From positions 22,013 to 86,012 of the IMG/VR virus record IMGVR_UViG_3300025769_015982: a stretch of 64,000 nucleotides of DNA. One strand, given 5' to 3'. The position numbers and the translations under genes are program-made. Numbering within the stretch: the stretch's first letter is position 1; each line of letters begins with the position of its first letter. Below, piece by piece: positions 50,903-58,697 of this stretch. Source of the DNA: a virus. The notes beneath the pieces were generated by a model, which was not told the origin of the DNA, ran no database searches, and saw only the letters and a program-made list of their open reading frames with translations.

Positions 50903-51418
50903 TCGACAGACAATCTAAAAATTAACCCGGCACCTTAGGGGCCACAAAACTTATAAAACATGGTACATAAATTAGACCTATTTGACCAGCGAGTATTCTC
51001 GCCACTTGACGTCCTAGTTAAGGACTTTTTTAACAAAGAATCTCAATTTACTAAAATTGACAATCGCACAGTAAACCAACCAGTAGATATCTATGAAGAT
51101 GAAGGTGGGCTTACATTTGAAATCGCTTGCACCGGTATTCCCAAAGAATTAGTTCAGATCGACCTCCAAGGAGATTACCTATGTGTTAAGTATGATAAAT
51201 CTGACTTACCTAAAGTAAACAGTGAACGACGTTATTTTCACTCTAGTGTTAAGAGATCTAGCTTTAACACTGGTTGGAAAGTAGCTCGTCGATTTGACTT
51301 AGCTAAAGCTCAAGCAGAAATGAATGATGGGCTACTAGTAGTCAAGATTCCTTATGCTAATGAATCAAAACCAAAAACACTTAAAATAAAATAAACTGAC
51401 AAAACGATCAGTCAGTCA
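50892..51418 (+). repeat. 14-bp long-range inverted repeat bracketing hsp20
   Basis: TGACTGATTGATCG (50892-50905) and CGATCAGTCAGTCA (51405-51418) give 13 Watson-Crick pairs plus 1 U-G. Confidence 0.7.
50960..51394 (+). CDS. Small heat shock protein (Hsp20)
   Basis: PVDIYE, IACTGIPKE, A.MNDGLLVVKIP and KPKTLKIK motifs. Confidence 0.9.
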   Translation: MVHKLDLFDQRVFSPLDVLVKDFFNKESQFTKIDNRTVNQPVDIYEDEGGLTFEIACTGIPKELVQIDLQGDYLCVKYDKSDLPKVNSERRYFHSSVKRSSFNTGWKVARRFDLAKAQAEMNDGLLVVKIPYANESKPKTLKIK

Positions 51419-51440
51419 TGAGGGGGCTTCGGCCCCCTCA
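51419..51440 (+). terminator. GC-rich terminator-like hairpin after hsp20
   Basis: TGAGGGGGC-TTCG-GCCCCCTCA. Confidence 0.75.
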
Positions 51441-51464
51441 ATATTTATATATAAACAATAAGAT

Positions 51465-51707
51465 ATGTCTACATTTAACGTATACGAATGGAACCACAAA
51501 CGCCGTTTAAGCGAGATAGAAGAACAAGCTGAAGGAAAAGTTTATGTTGTAATAGCAGGGAGACCAGGAGAAGCTCAAGGCCCCGTTAAAGCATTTATGG
51601 ATAAAGCTTCTGCCGAACAACACGCTGCCCAATTTAAACAGGAGTACGAAGACCGTTTTGTAGGGGATAAATTAAATACTGTAGTGAGAGAAATACCTAT
51701 GGGGTAA
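51465..51707 (+). CDS. Hypothetical protein
   Basis: ORF preceded by ATATTTAT. Confidence 0.6.
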   Translation: MSTFNVYEWNHKRRLSEIEEQAEGKVYVVIAGRPGEAQGPVKAFMDKASAEQHAAQFKQEYEDRFVGDKLNTVVREIPMG

Positions 51708-51931
51708 TGAGTAAATTAAGAAAATACATTAGAGAGTACGTTATGTATCTCTATAATGCTAAAGTTGCAGATGCTGATGAAGATTATCAGTGGAAACACC
51801 CTAGCGATATAGAACACCCACTACAACCTGGTTATCCAGGTGATTTAAAAGGGTTCCCTTACGATAGTTCCCAAAACAAACTACCACCCGCTTATATAAG
51901 GAAAAGATCGGTTGCTAAACCACCTTTTTAA
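51707..51931 (+). CDS. Hypothetical protein
   Basis: TAATG-coupled ORF. Confidence 0.55.
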   Translation: MSKLRKYIREYVMYLYNAKVADADEDYQWKHPSDIEHPLQPGYPGDLKGFPYDSSQNKLPPAYIRKRSVAKPPF

Positions 51932-51970
51932 GAGAGCCTTTGGCTCTCTTTTATTTTGTTCGTATATTCA
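51931..51970 (+). promoter_or_regulatory. Terminator hairpin overlapping a Bacteroidota-type promoter
   Basis: AGAGAGCC-TTT-GGCTCTCT plus a T tract; TTTG lies at the loop and TATATTCA at 51963-51970. Confidence 0.65.
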
Positions 51971-51974
51971 CAGT

Positions 51975-53105
51975 ATGAACTATAAGAACATTCTAAGAGG
52001 ATATTACGATACAGAAAATAAAGTTAAAGCAATAGATGTAATGTCAGATCAACCTTATTATATTGAGGATAGACCTGACATGAAACAACGTATTGAACGA
52101 GCTATTAATTTCAAACAGTATCTAGCCATATATCAACGTGGTACTCGCAATGGCTTTGAGTATATTAACCAAAACGATATAGTTTGGGGTGACCAAACAA
52201 CTACACAACCAAAAGAAGTTACAATGATAAATAAGCCAGACGATTTTATTATTAGCGACCTTAAGTGGAAGTACTTAACTCGCTGTATTAATAAGGGTAA
52301 AAACCTTATGTTTGTAGGACCTGCAGGTACAGGTAAAACACAGATTGTTTTTGAAGCCGCTAAGGCAATTAAAAAGCCAATCTTCTATTTTAATTTAGGA
52401 TCTACTCAAGATGTTCGTTCGGCTCTTATTGGTAGTACTTATTTTAAAAACGGTACATATTTTGAAGAATCCGCGTTTGTGAACGCGATAAAAACACCAG
52501 GATCTGTGGTTTTACTTGACGAAATTTCGCGAGCAAACCCTGAGGCATGGAATATATTGATGCCAGTTCTTGACGTTAATATACGCAAATTAAGATTAGA
52601 TGAAAAAGAAAACAGCCCTGTTATTGATGTCGCTGATAGTGTCAGCTTCATTTCTACAGCCAATATTGGGTTTGAGTATACTTCAGCTCGTATGCTCGAC
52701 CGCGCTTTGGCTGATCGCTTTAACGTTGTTGAAATGGATACTCTGGATAAGGAAGAGGAGATGAAATTGCTAGCTATGAAGCACCCAGACCTTAAATCAG
52801 AAATAAATGAGGCGTTATGTGATATTAGTTTTAAAATTAGAATGGAATGTCAAAGGGAGAATGCTAAGTTATCAAATGTATTATCAACTAGGACATTGCT
52901 TGAAGCAGCTGAAATGTCAGTTGATGGGTTTAGTATTGAAGAAATAGCTGAATTAATTTTATATCCTCAATACCCAGATGATGGAGGAGTTGATTCAGAA
53001 CGTATTTATATTCGACAATTGGTACAAAAATATGTTCAACAAGGTAATAAAGAAAATCTATTTACTGAAGATGATTTTGCCCACTTAGATAACTATGACA
53101 TTTAA
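51975..53105 (+). CDS. MoxR/CbbQ/NirQ-type AAA+ ATPase
   Basis: GPAGTGKT, LLDEISR, TANIG.EY, LDRALADRF and STR motifs. Start moved to the ATG at 51975, just after the promoter. Confidence 0.85.
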   Translation: MNYKNILRGYYDTENKVKAIDVMSDQPYYIEDRPDMKQRIERAINFKQYLAIYQRGTRNGFEYINQNDIVWGDQTTTQPKEVTMINKPDDFIISDLKWKYLTRCINKGKNLMFVGPAGTGKTQIVFEAAKAIKKPIFYFNLGSTQDVRSALIGSTYFKNGTYFEESAFVNAIKTPGSVVLLDEISRANPEAWNILMPVLDVNIRKLRLDEKENSPVIDVADSVSFISTANIGFEYTSARMLDRALADRFNVVEMDTLDKEEEMKLLAMKHPDLKSEINEALCDISFKIRMECQRENAKLSNVLSTRTLLEAAEMSVDGFSIEEIAELILYPQYPDDGGVDSERIYIRQLVQKYVQQGNKENLFTEDDFAHLDNYDI

Positions 53106-53661
53106 AAAAGACTATATAGAAGTTTGTTTAACCACAGGGGATGGCATCCAACACCTTAGATTACATGGGTGGCTGAAACGTGAACATGTATTAGTTAAAT
53201 CAGAACAGATATTTGGTAAAAGTGGAGACGACTTTGGTATGTTTATTGTTGTAATTCCTAACGGTGAATTGTATCAATTAGTAGAATTAAAAGATGATAT
53301 GTTTACTACTTTTGAGATATTATCTCAAGAAGAAGAACGGTGGACATCATATAAACAGAAACGAGATAAAGATTTTATAGAAAACATTTCTAATTTTATG
53401 TTTAGTTTGGCCCCTGAAAATAAAGTTGATATTGAAAGTTTTGTTGAAAAAGCAAACGAGGCAACACTTAGTTTATTTAAATCATCTAGAGATTTTACAG
53501 GGGATTATGTTGTAAATGATTTTATGTCTGTTGAAGAAAAAGTAGCTGATCTTGATATGTTAATTGATTTTTTTGAAAATAAAGAACGTTATGAAGACTG
53601 TGCTTATCTTCTTAAAATAAAAGATAAAATAGTAGTAAATGAAGAATTCAAAACAAAATGA
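53095..53661 (+). CDS. Hypothetical protein with C-terminal UVR-like motif
   Basis: FFENKERYEDCAYLLKIKDKI. Confidence 0.6.
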   Translation: MTFKKDYIEVCLTTGDGIQHLRLHGWLKREHVLVKSEQIFGKSGDDFGMFIVVIPNGELYQLVELKDDMFTTFEILSQEEERWTSYKQKRDKDFIENISNFMFSLAPENKVDIESFVEKANEATLSLFKSSRDFTGDYVVNDFMSVEEKVADLDMLIDFFENKERYEDCAYLLKIKDKIVVNEEFKTK

Positions 53662-53845
53662 TTATTGGATAAGTACTTGTACTTATGACATTGGAATAGT
53701 ATATATTTACAAATGAGAGAGTTTGGATTACGGTTAAAAAAAGCGTACATTATAAAAATAAAATGGAAACGAGCAGTTAAACAATGGTTCAACCATAACT
53801 CTGAACCACTTCATAAACTAAGAAAACAATTAAACAAAATAAACC

Positions 53846-54091
53846 ATGAGCTTAGACAAATTAGACGCCGCCAGAAAGCATTATGAAGGCATCGCAGCAG
53901 AAGCAGAGGTAACGATAGACACATACCTAAATTTTTCCGTTGGAATCGGTGAACACTCAAATGTAATGGAAGAATTGCGCGCTCAAATCGAGAAACTCGG
54001 CGAAGCCCGTGACGCCATTGATACGATTATTACTCTCCAGAACAGAGATAAAAAAAATGACTTAAAAGCTAAAAAACAACTTAATAGCTAA
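53846..54091 (+). CDS. Hypothetical helical protein
   Basis: VGIGEHSN..EE motif; A-rich leader. Confidence 0.65.
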   Translation: MSLDKLDAARKHYEGIAAEAEVTIDTYLNFSVGIGEHSNVMEELRAQIEKLGEARDAIDTIITLQNRDKKNDLKAKKQLNS

Positions 54092-54097
54092 GGAAGA

Positions 54098-54289
54098 ATG
54101 AGTAATGTGAATTGGATAATGGGGTTTTTGGTCCTATTAGCTTTATATGGTAGTGTGTTACCCCCAGATAGTACTGGCCATTATTTAGATTATAATGGTG
54201 ATGGTGTTATTGATCTTTATGATCTTATGGAACATTTAACAAAACGACCACAAGTAATAGAAAATACAACAGATTTTACAGATAAATGA
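54098..54289 (+). CDS. Small exported protein with EF-hand/dockerin-like loop
   Basis: Hydrophobic N-terminus and DYNGDGVIDLYDL. Confidence 0.55.
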   Translation: MSNVNWIMGFLVLLALYGSVLPPDSTGHYLDYNGDGVIDLYDLMEHLTKRPQVIENTTDFTDK

Positions 54290-54507
54290 AAAAGTTTTGG
54301 GCAGACCTTAGTGATGTGTTTATTGAACGAGAACGAGCATACCTCGTTTGTAACGATCAAGCACAATTTTTTAGTGGCTTAAGCGGGGGTAAACCTGTAT
54401 TTAGCGAATCTTATGATGACGCTAGGCCTTTACAAAGAGAAAGCCAATTTAGAAATTTGGTTAGGGCATCGGATGTTCCTATATTTAAGGAGTATATTGA
54501 AAAATGA
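54286..54507 (+). CDS. Hypothetical protein
   Basis: ATGA-coupled ORF. Confidence 0.55.
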   Translation: MKKFWADLSDVFIERERAYLVCNDQAQFFSGLSGGKPVFSESYDDARPLQRESQFRNLVRASDVPIFKEYIEK

Positions 54508-54677
54508 GAATTCATGAGACAGCTAATTGAAATATATAATGAGGCAGCCCAACAATTTGAAGACTTTGCATTTAAACACATTGTACCACGGGTTCTTAAA
54601 GTAGTGGAGATAGCATTACGGTTAACTTTAATCTATGCTTTCTATCTCCTTTTTAAAAATGGTATTAACGAAGTGCT

Positions 54678-54965
54678 TTGAGCAAGAATTTAGTATATTA
54701 CTTTGACCTACATAAGCATCTTGAAGTTAAAATGGCTACTGGTGAATGGAATCAAGTCACTTGTGCTACATTTAGGTCATATGCTGGAGGTAGACGTATT
54801 AATGGTGAAGCATATGATGGTCCCATTTTATACCATAGTACGAATTATTTATATGAAGGTCCCCTTAATGGGAAAATAATTCAACTTGAAGAAGGGCAAG
54901 ATGTTAAAATACTTAGGAAAGTAAGAAAAAATAGTAGGTTTTCCTGGGCAAATGAATGGAGTTAG
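54678..54965 (+). CDS. Hypothetical protein
   Basis: ORF with a TTG start. Confidence 0.55.
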   Translation: MSKNLVYYFDLHKHLEVKMATGEWNQVTCATFRSYAGGRRINGEAYDGPILYHSTNYLYEGPLNGKIIQLEEGQDVKILRKVRKNSRFSWANEWS

Positions 54966-55004
54966 ATTTTTGGTTTACTGAAAATTTGTTCGTATATTTA
55001 AGGT

Positions 55005-55274
55005 ATGAGAAAAGGAAGACAAAAAGGCCAAACTAAGGCTAAAAGTGTAATTAATGACCCATCAATAGCCCCCTTTAAGATATTGATAGAGGAAGACCAG
55101 TATGTTTTAATTGATGATAAAGATATCCCCCGTGGCTATTATACATCATTAGACACAGTAGTATATAGGATATCAAAGATATTTATGGCTAATAAAAGGA
55201 AGGAATTTAACCTTTCAGAATTTGTGGTTGATTATAACAAAACTAAAAATAGTATTTTAGATAGCTTTAACTAA
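55005..55274 (+). CDS. Hypothetical protein (probably leaderless)
   Basis: ATG lies 4 nt after TATATTTA. Confidence 0.65.
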   Translation: MRKGRQKGQTKAKSVINDPSIAPFKILIEEDQYVLIDDKDIPRGYYTSLDTVVYRISKIFMANKRKEFNLSEFVVDYNKTKNSILDSFN

Positions 55275-55449
55275 TGCTAAAAGATGAAGACCATATCAGA
55301 GCGTTAATTAAGATTGAAATGAAGGATAACCTCAAAATCCTAATTGACCCAAAGAAAAAAAATAGCTTTTCTGATTCACGAGTTACCACATGGATTCACA
55401 CAGTAACTGAACGTATTGTTTACCATTTAATGGAAAGAAATAAATCATA

Positions 55450-55644
55450 ATGGCTAGGGACGGATCCTATATTACACCTGTTGTAGTAACATTTAAGACA
55501 TCAAATCGCTCCAATGCTAAAACTAAAGTGAAAGTGATTCGCAACAGAAACATTGACGAGGTATTAGATGTAAAGACAAAAATTCCTGGCATCCCCGAAA
55601 AGGCTGTTATTTTGGAAATCGGAGTAGGAAAGAGTTTTACTTAA
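55450..55644 (+). CDS. Hypothetical protein
   Basis: TAATG-coupled ORF. Confidence 0.55.
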   Translation: MARDGSYITPVVVTFKTSNRSNAKTKVKVIRNRNIDEVLDVKTKIPGIPEKAVILEIGVGKSFT

Positions 55645-55715
55645 ACTTTTGGTTTACCAGCCAATCTATCGTATATTTAGAGAAGAAAGTTAGTTAAAAA
55701 CCTAAAAAAAGTATC

Positions 55716-56606
55716 ATGTCTGAAGTACAAGACACACAATTTTCAACTGCACAGCAGTTAATTAATACGGTTAATCAGAAAATCGAAAACCGTGAATCGC
55801 TCACTATGGATGAATTGAAGATGATTTGTCCTGAAATTTCAACCCCCGAAATTAATCCTGAATTGCGTAAGCACTTGGGTATTTCGGACAAATATGTTCA
55901 CGTACCTACTGAGCAGGTGATTGAGGATGTTATGAAGTTGGGTTGGTCGCCTATCAATGCGTACCGTGTTAATTCACGTAAAAAGCGCAATGGCGTTGGT
56001 CGTCATATGATCAAGTTTGTCAACTATGACTTTATGCAAGAGGGTAAAACCGAATACCCTGAGTTGCTGTTGACAAACAGTCACGATGGTACTACTGCAT
56101 TTAAGTTGGATGTAGGTATTTTCCGTTTGGTGTGTTCGAATGGTATGGTTATTAAGTCGCAGGACTTTGGTTCAATGAAGGTTCGTCACTACGGTTACGA
56201 CTTTGAAACTATTAAGGGTGCTGTAAATAAGTTGGTTGAACAGATTCCTGATTACCTCAAGCAAGTTGAAGATATGAAGGAGCAGGAATTGGAGCGTAAA
56301 CAAATGCTTGAGTTTGCTCGTGAAGCAGCTTTGCTTCGTTTCAAGACAGCTAATATTGAAACGATTGATAAGTTAGTTGATGTAGATGATTTGCTTGAGT
56401 CGACTCGTAAGGAAGACGAGGGTAATGGTTTGTGGGAGGTATTCAACCGCCTACAGGAAAAAGTTGTGAATGGTAAATTTAATTATGCCCTGGGTAAAAA
56501 GGAACGTAAGGCCCGTCCCGTGAAGGGTTTCAAGTCGCAGGTAAAGCTCAATCAGGATTTGTGGGAGTTAGCGAGCAGTTACTTGCCTGAAGCCGCAGCG
56601 GTTTAA
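55716..56606 (+). CDS. DUF932/DUF945 family phage protein
   Basis: LLLTNSHDGTTAF...GIFRLVCSNG, VRH and LWEVFNRLQE motifs. Confidence 0.85.
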   Translation: MSEVQDTQFSTAQQLINTVNQKIENRESLTMDELKMICPEISTPEINPELRKHLGISDKYVHVPTEQVIEDVMKLGWSPINAYRVNSRKKRNGVGRHMIKFVNYDFMQEGKTEYPELLLTNSHDGTTAFKLDVGIFRLVCSNGMVIKSQDFGSMKVRHYGYDFETIKGAVNKLVEQIPDYLKQVEDMKEQELERKQMLEFAREAALLRFKTANIETIDKLVDVDDLLESTRKEDEGNGLWEVFNRLQEKVVNGKFNYALGKKERKARPVKGFKSQVKLNQDLWELASSYLPEAAAV

Positions 56607-56614
56607 ATATAGGA

Positions 56615-56636
56615 GAGGGGGGCCTCGGCCCCCCTC
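56615..56636. terminator. Bidirectional terminator-like hairpin
   Basis: GAGGGGGGC-CTCG-GCCCCCCTC between convergent genes. Confidence 0.75.
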
Positions 56637-56644
56637 ATTTCCAT

Positions 56645-56794
56645 TTATTCATCACTATTCCATGTGTAAATTTCCCCGTCGGGCATCATGACATAGTTAG
56701 TAACAGTTTGGTTTTGGCTAGTAGATTGTGTAATACTAGTAGTTGCGCAACCCGTTAAACACAATACTACTGCGATTGCAAGTAAGTATTTCAT
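56645..56794 (-). CDS. Small lipoprotein (49 aa)
   Basis: MKYLLAIAVVLCLTG-CATTS has a signal peptide with an LTGC lipobox; convergent on the hairpin; not in the ORF track. Confidence 0.7.
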   Translation of the reverse strand: MKYLLAIAVVLCLTGCATTSITQSTSQNQTVTNYVMMPDGEIYTWNSDE

Positions 56795-56952
56795 GTAGTT
56801 GGGTTTTTAATTCGATTATACATATATAAGTAATATACAAGTTATAATAGAGTCATAAAGCGTCATATGAAAGAGTTTATTTAGAAATTTGGTTTTAAGG
56901 ATAGAAGATCGTATATTTAATAAAGAAAGAAGGTTGAGAAAATAAAAACAAC

Positions 56953-57144
56953 ATGAAAAACCCAATCACCATTAACGCAACAAAGTATCCAGATGGATAT
57001 TTGCCTAAGATTGCTTACCACATTGCAAACCAAAATGCTGACAAGTTGGAATACTTTACAGACCAACATGAAGCATTGTATGGTAAGTTGACACAGGAGG
57101 ATATGCACAAAGTAATTGATATGGTGTATGAACATATAAAATAA
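56953..57144 (+). CDS. Hypothetical protein
   Basis: Follows the promoter at 56888-56919. Confidence 0.65.
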   Translation: MKNPITINATKYPDGYLPKIAYHIANQNADKLEYFTDQHEALYGKLTQEDMHKVIDMVYEHIK

Positions 57145-57150
57145 ATGAAT

Positions 57151-57236
57151 GCCCGGGTGGTGGAATTGGTAGACACGACAGACTTAAAATCTGTTTCGCC
57201 GAACGGTGAGTGCGGGTTCGAGCCCCGCCCCGGGTA
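57151..57236 (+). tRNA. tRNA-Leu(TAA)
   Basis: Cloverleaf with ACAGA-CTTAAAA-TCTGT anticodon arm, long variable arm and GTTCGA. Confidence 0.95.
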
Positions 57237-57331
57237 CATAATAAATCCTCAGACGTGGGGTCGGTGGAATCAGGCATGGTTCATGTAAGGGATAAATGGG
57301 GATAGCTTCCTCACCCAGCAAGCCGCAATAT

Positions 57332-57405
57332 GCGCTCATAGCTCAGCTGGATAGAGCAACAGCCTTCTAAGCTGTAGGTCCTAGGTTCGAATCCTAGTGG
57401 GCGTA
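57332..57405 (+). tRNA. tRNA-Arg(TCT)
   Basis: ACAGC-CTTCTAA-GCTGT anticodon arm and GTTCGAA. Confidence 0.95.
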
Positions 57406-57479
57406 CTGGAGTTCTTTGACATCCTGGTTTTTAATTCGCTGATGACGTCACTACGTAATTAAACGTGACGCACCAATAT

Positions 57480-57553
57480 GGGGACGTAGCTCAATTGGTT
57501 AGAGCATCAAGCTTATATCTTGAAGGTCACAGGTTCAATTCCTGTCGTCCCTA
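57480..57553 (+). tRNA. tRNA-Ile(TAT)
   Basis: TCAAG-CTTATAT-CTTGA anticodon arm and GGTTCAA T arm. Confidence 0.92.
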
Positions 57554-57557
57554 CTAT

Positions 57558-57631
57558 GACTTCGTAGCTCAGTTGGTTAGAGCATCTCACTTTTAATGAG
57601 AGGGTCCTGGGTTCGAGTCCCAGCGGGGTTA
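57558..57631 (+). tRNA. tRNA-Lys(TTT)
   Basis: TCTCA-CTTTTAA-TGAGA anticodon arm; three G-U pairs in the acceptor stem. Confidence 0.92.
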
Positions 57632-57658
57632 CGCGTGTGAGGCGAATTAATGCTAGGC

Positions 57659-57733
57659 GGCTCCTTAGCTCAGTTGGTTCAGAGCACCTCGTTTACACCG
57701 AGGGGGTCATTGGTTCGAGTCCAATAGGAGCTA
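57659..57733 (+). tRNA. tRNA-Val(TAC)
   Basis: CCTCG-TTTACAC-CGAGG anticodon arm. Confidence 0.95.
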
Positions 57734-57739
57734 CAATAT

Positions 57740-57819
57740 ACCCGAGTGGTGAAATGGTAGACACGCTGGTCTTAGGAACCAGTGCCACAGGCGTGAAGGT
57801 TCGAATCCTTTCTCGGGTA
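57740..57819 (+). tRNA. tRNA-Leu(TAG)
   Basis: CTGGT-CTTAGGA-ACCAG anticodon arm and variable arm. Confidence 0.95.
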
Positions 57820-58006
57820 CAAATTAAACAAAAATAAATAATATGAAAAAATTTGTAAAATGGACCCCAGTAGCAATCGCACTAATAGCATTGCTCTACT
57901 CAGTAGGATTAGGAATGAATGGCCACACTGAAGAAGCACTATATTCATCACATTGGCCTGTAACACTATTAGTATTTTATTTGGTAATTGATAAGATTAA
58001 CAAGCA

Positions 58007-58261
58007 ATGAGCACAACTATGTGGATTGTAGGTAGCATTATTTTTGTTGTCTACATGTATTTTACAATTTGGAACATTAATAATGGTTCCAAACAAACCC
58101 AACAACGTGAAGATTCATCATATGATGTAATGGATATGGACGGTATGGGTAATTTTAGTCGTTTTCCAATTAAACAACGTCGAATGGAGGAATTTGGTTA
58201 TAGAAAAGTTTTCTATAATGATAAAAAGACCAATGCAAGGAAGAAGAAAAAAACAGTATGA
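58007..58261 (+). CDS. Hypothetical single-TM protein
   Basis: N-terminal hydrophobic helix. Confidence 0.55.
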   Translation: MSTTMWIVGSIIFVVYMYFTIWNINNGSKQTQQREDSSYDVMDMDGMGNFSRFPIKQRRMEEFGYRKVFYNDKKTNARKKKKTV

Positions 58262-58697
58262 GGACAATTGGTGGATGTTAGAAAAAGCAGGTAAGTGCTT
58301 TTTGGTCTCCCTAATCTTCTATCTTATATTCATAGTTGTAAGTTAAAGATGGAGATAGTATCAAATTCTAGTGGTTATTGGATTGTAGATAAAGGATTTA
58401 TTGATGGTCCTTATGTTAACATCGAATTAGCTACAGAAGCACTTGAAGAAATAAAAAAATGGCAAAAGAAGTAAACATAGTAACACTATGCAATGAGATT
58501 TTTAACGGTCTTGAAGTTAAAGGGTGTGGTATGTCACCTATTAAAGCAGCTGAAGGTGGTTACAACGGAACGTTTGTTAACATTGTATTTGATGCTTTAG
58601 AAAAAGCGAAAAGATAAGGATTTTTGGAAACTGAAAACTCGATCGTATATTTAAGAAGTAAGATTGAGAGATAGTTAAACACACAAAACAAAACAAA

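Noticed and set aside
57439-57475. Hammerhead ribozyme (CTGATGA followed by a stem)
   Set aside because: The stem is followed by CACC, not the required GAAA, and no stem I/III with an NUH site was found.
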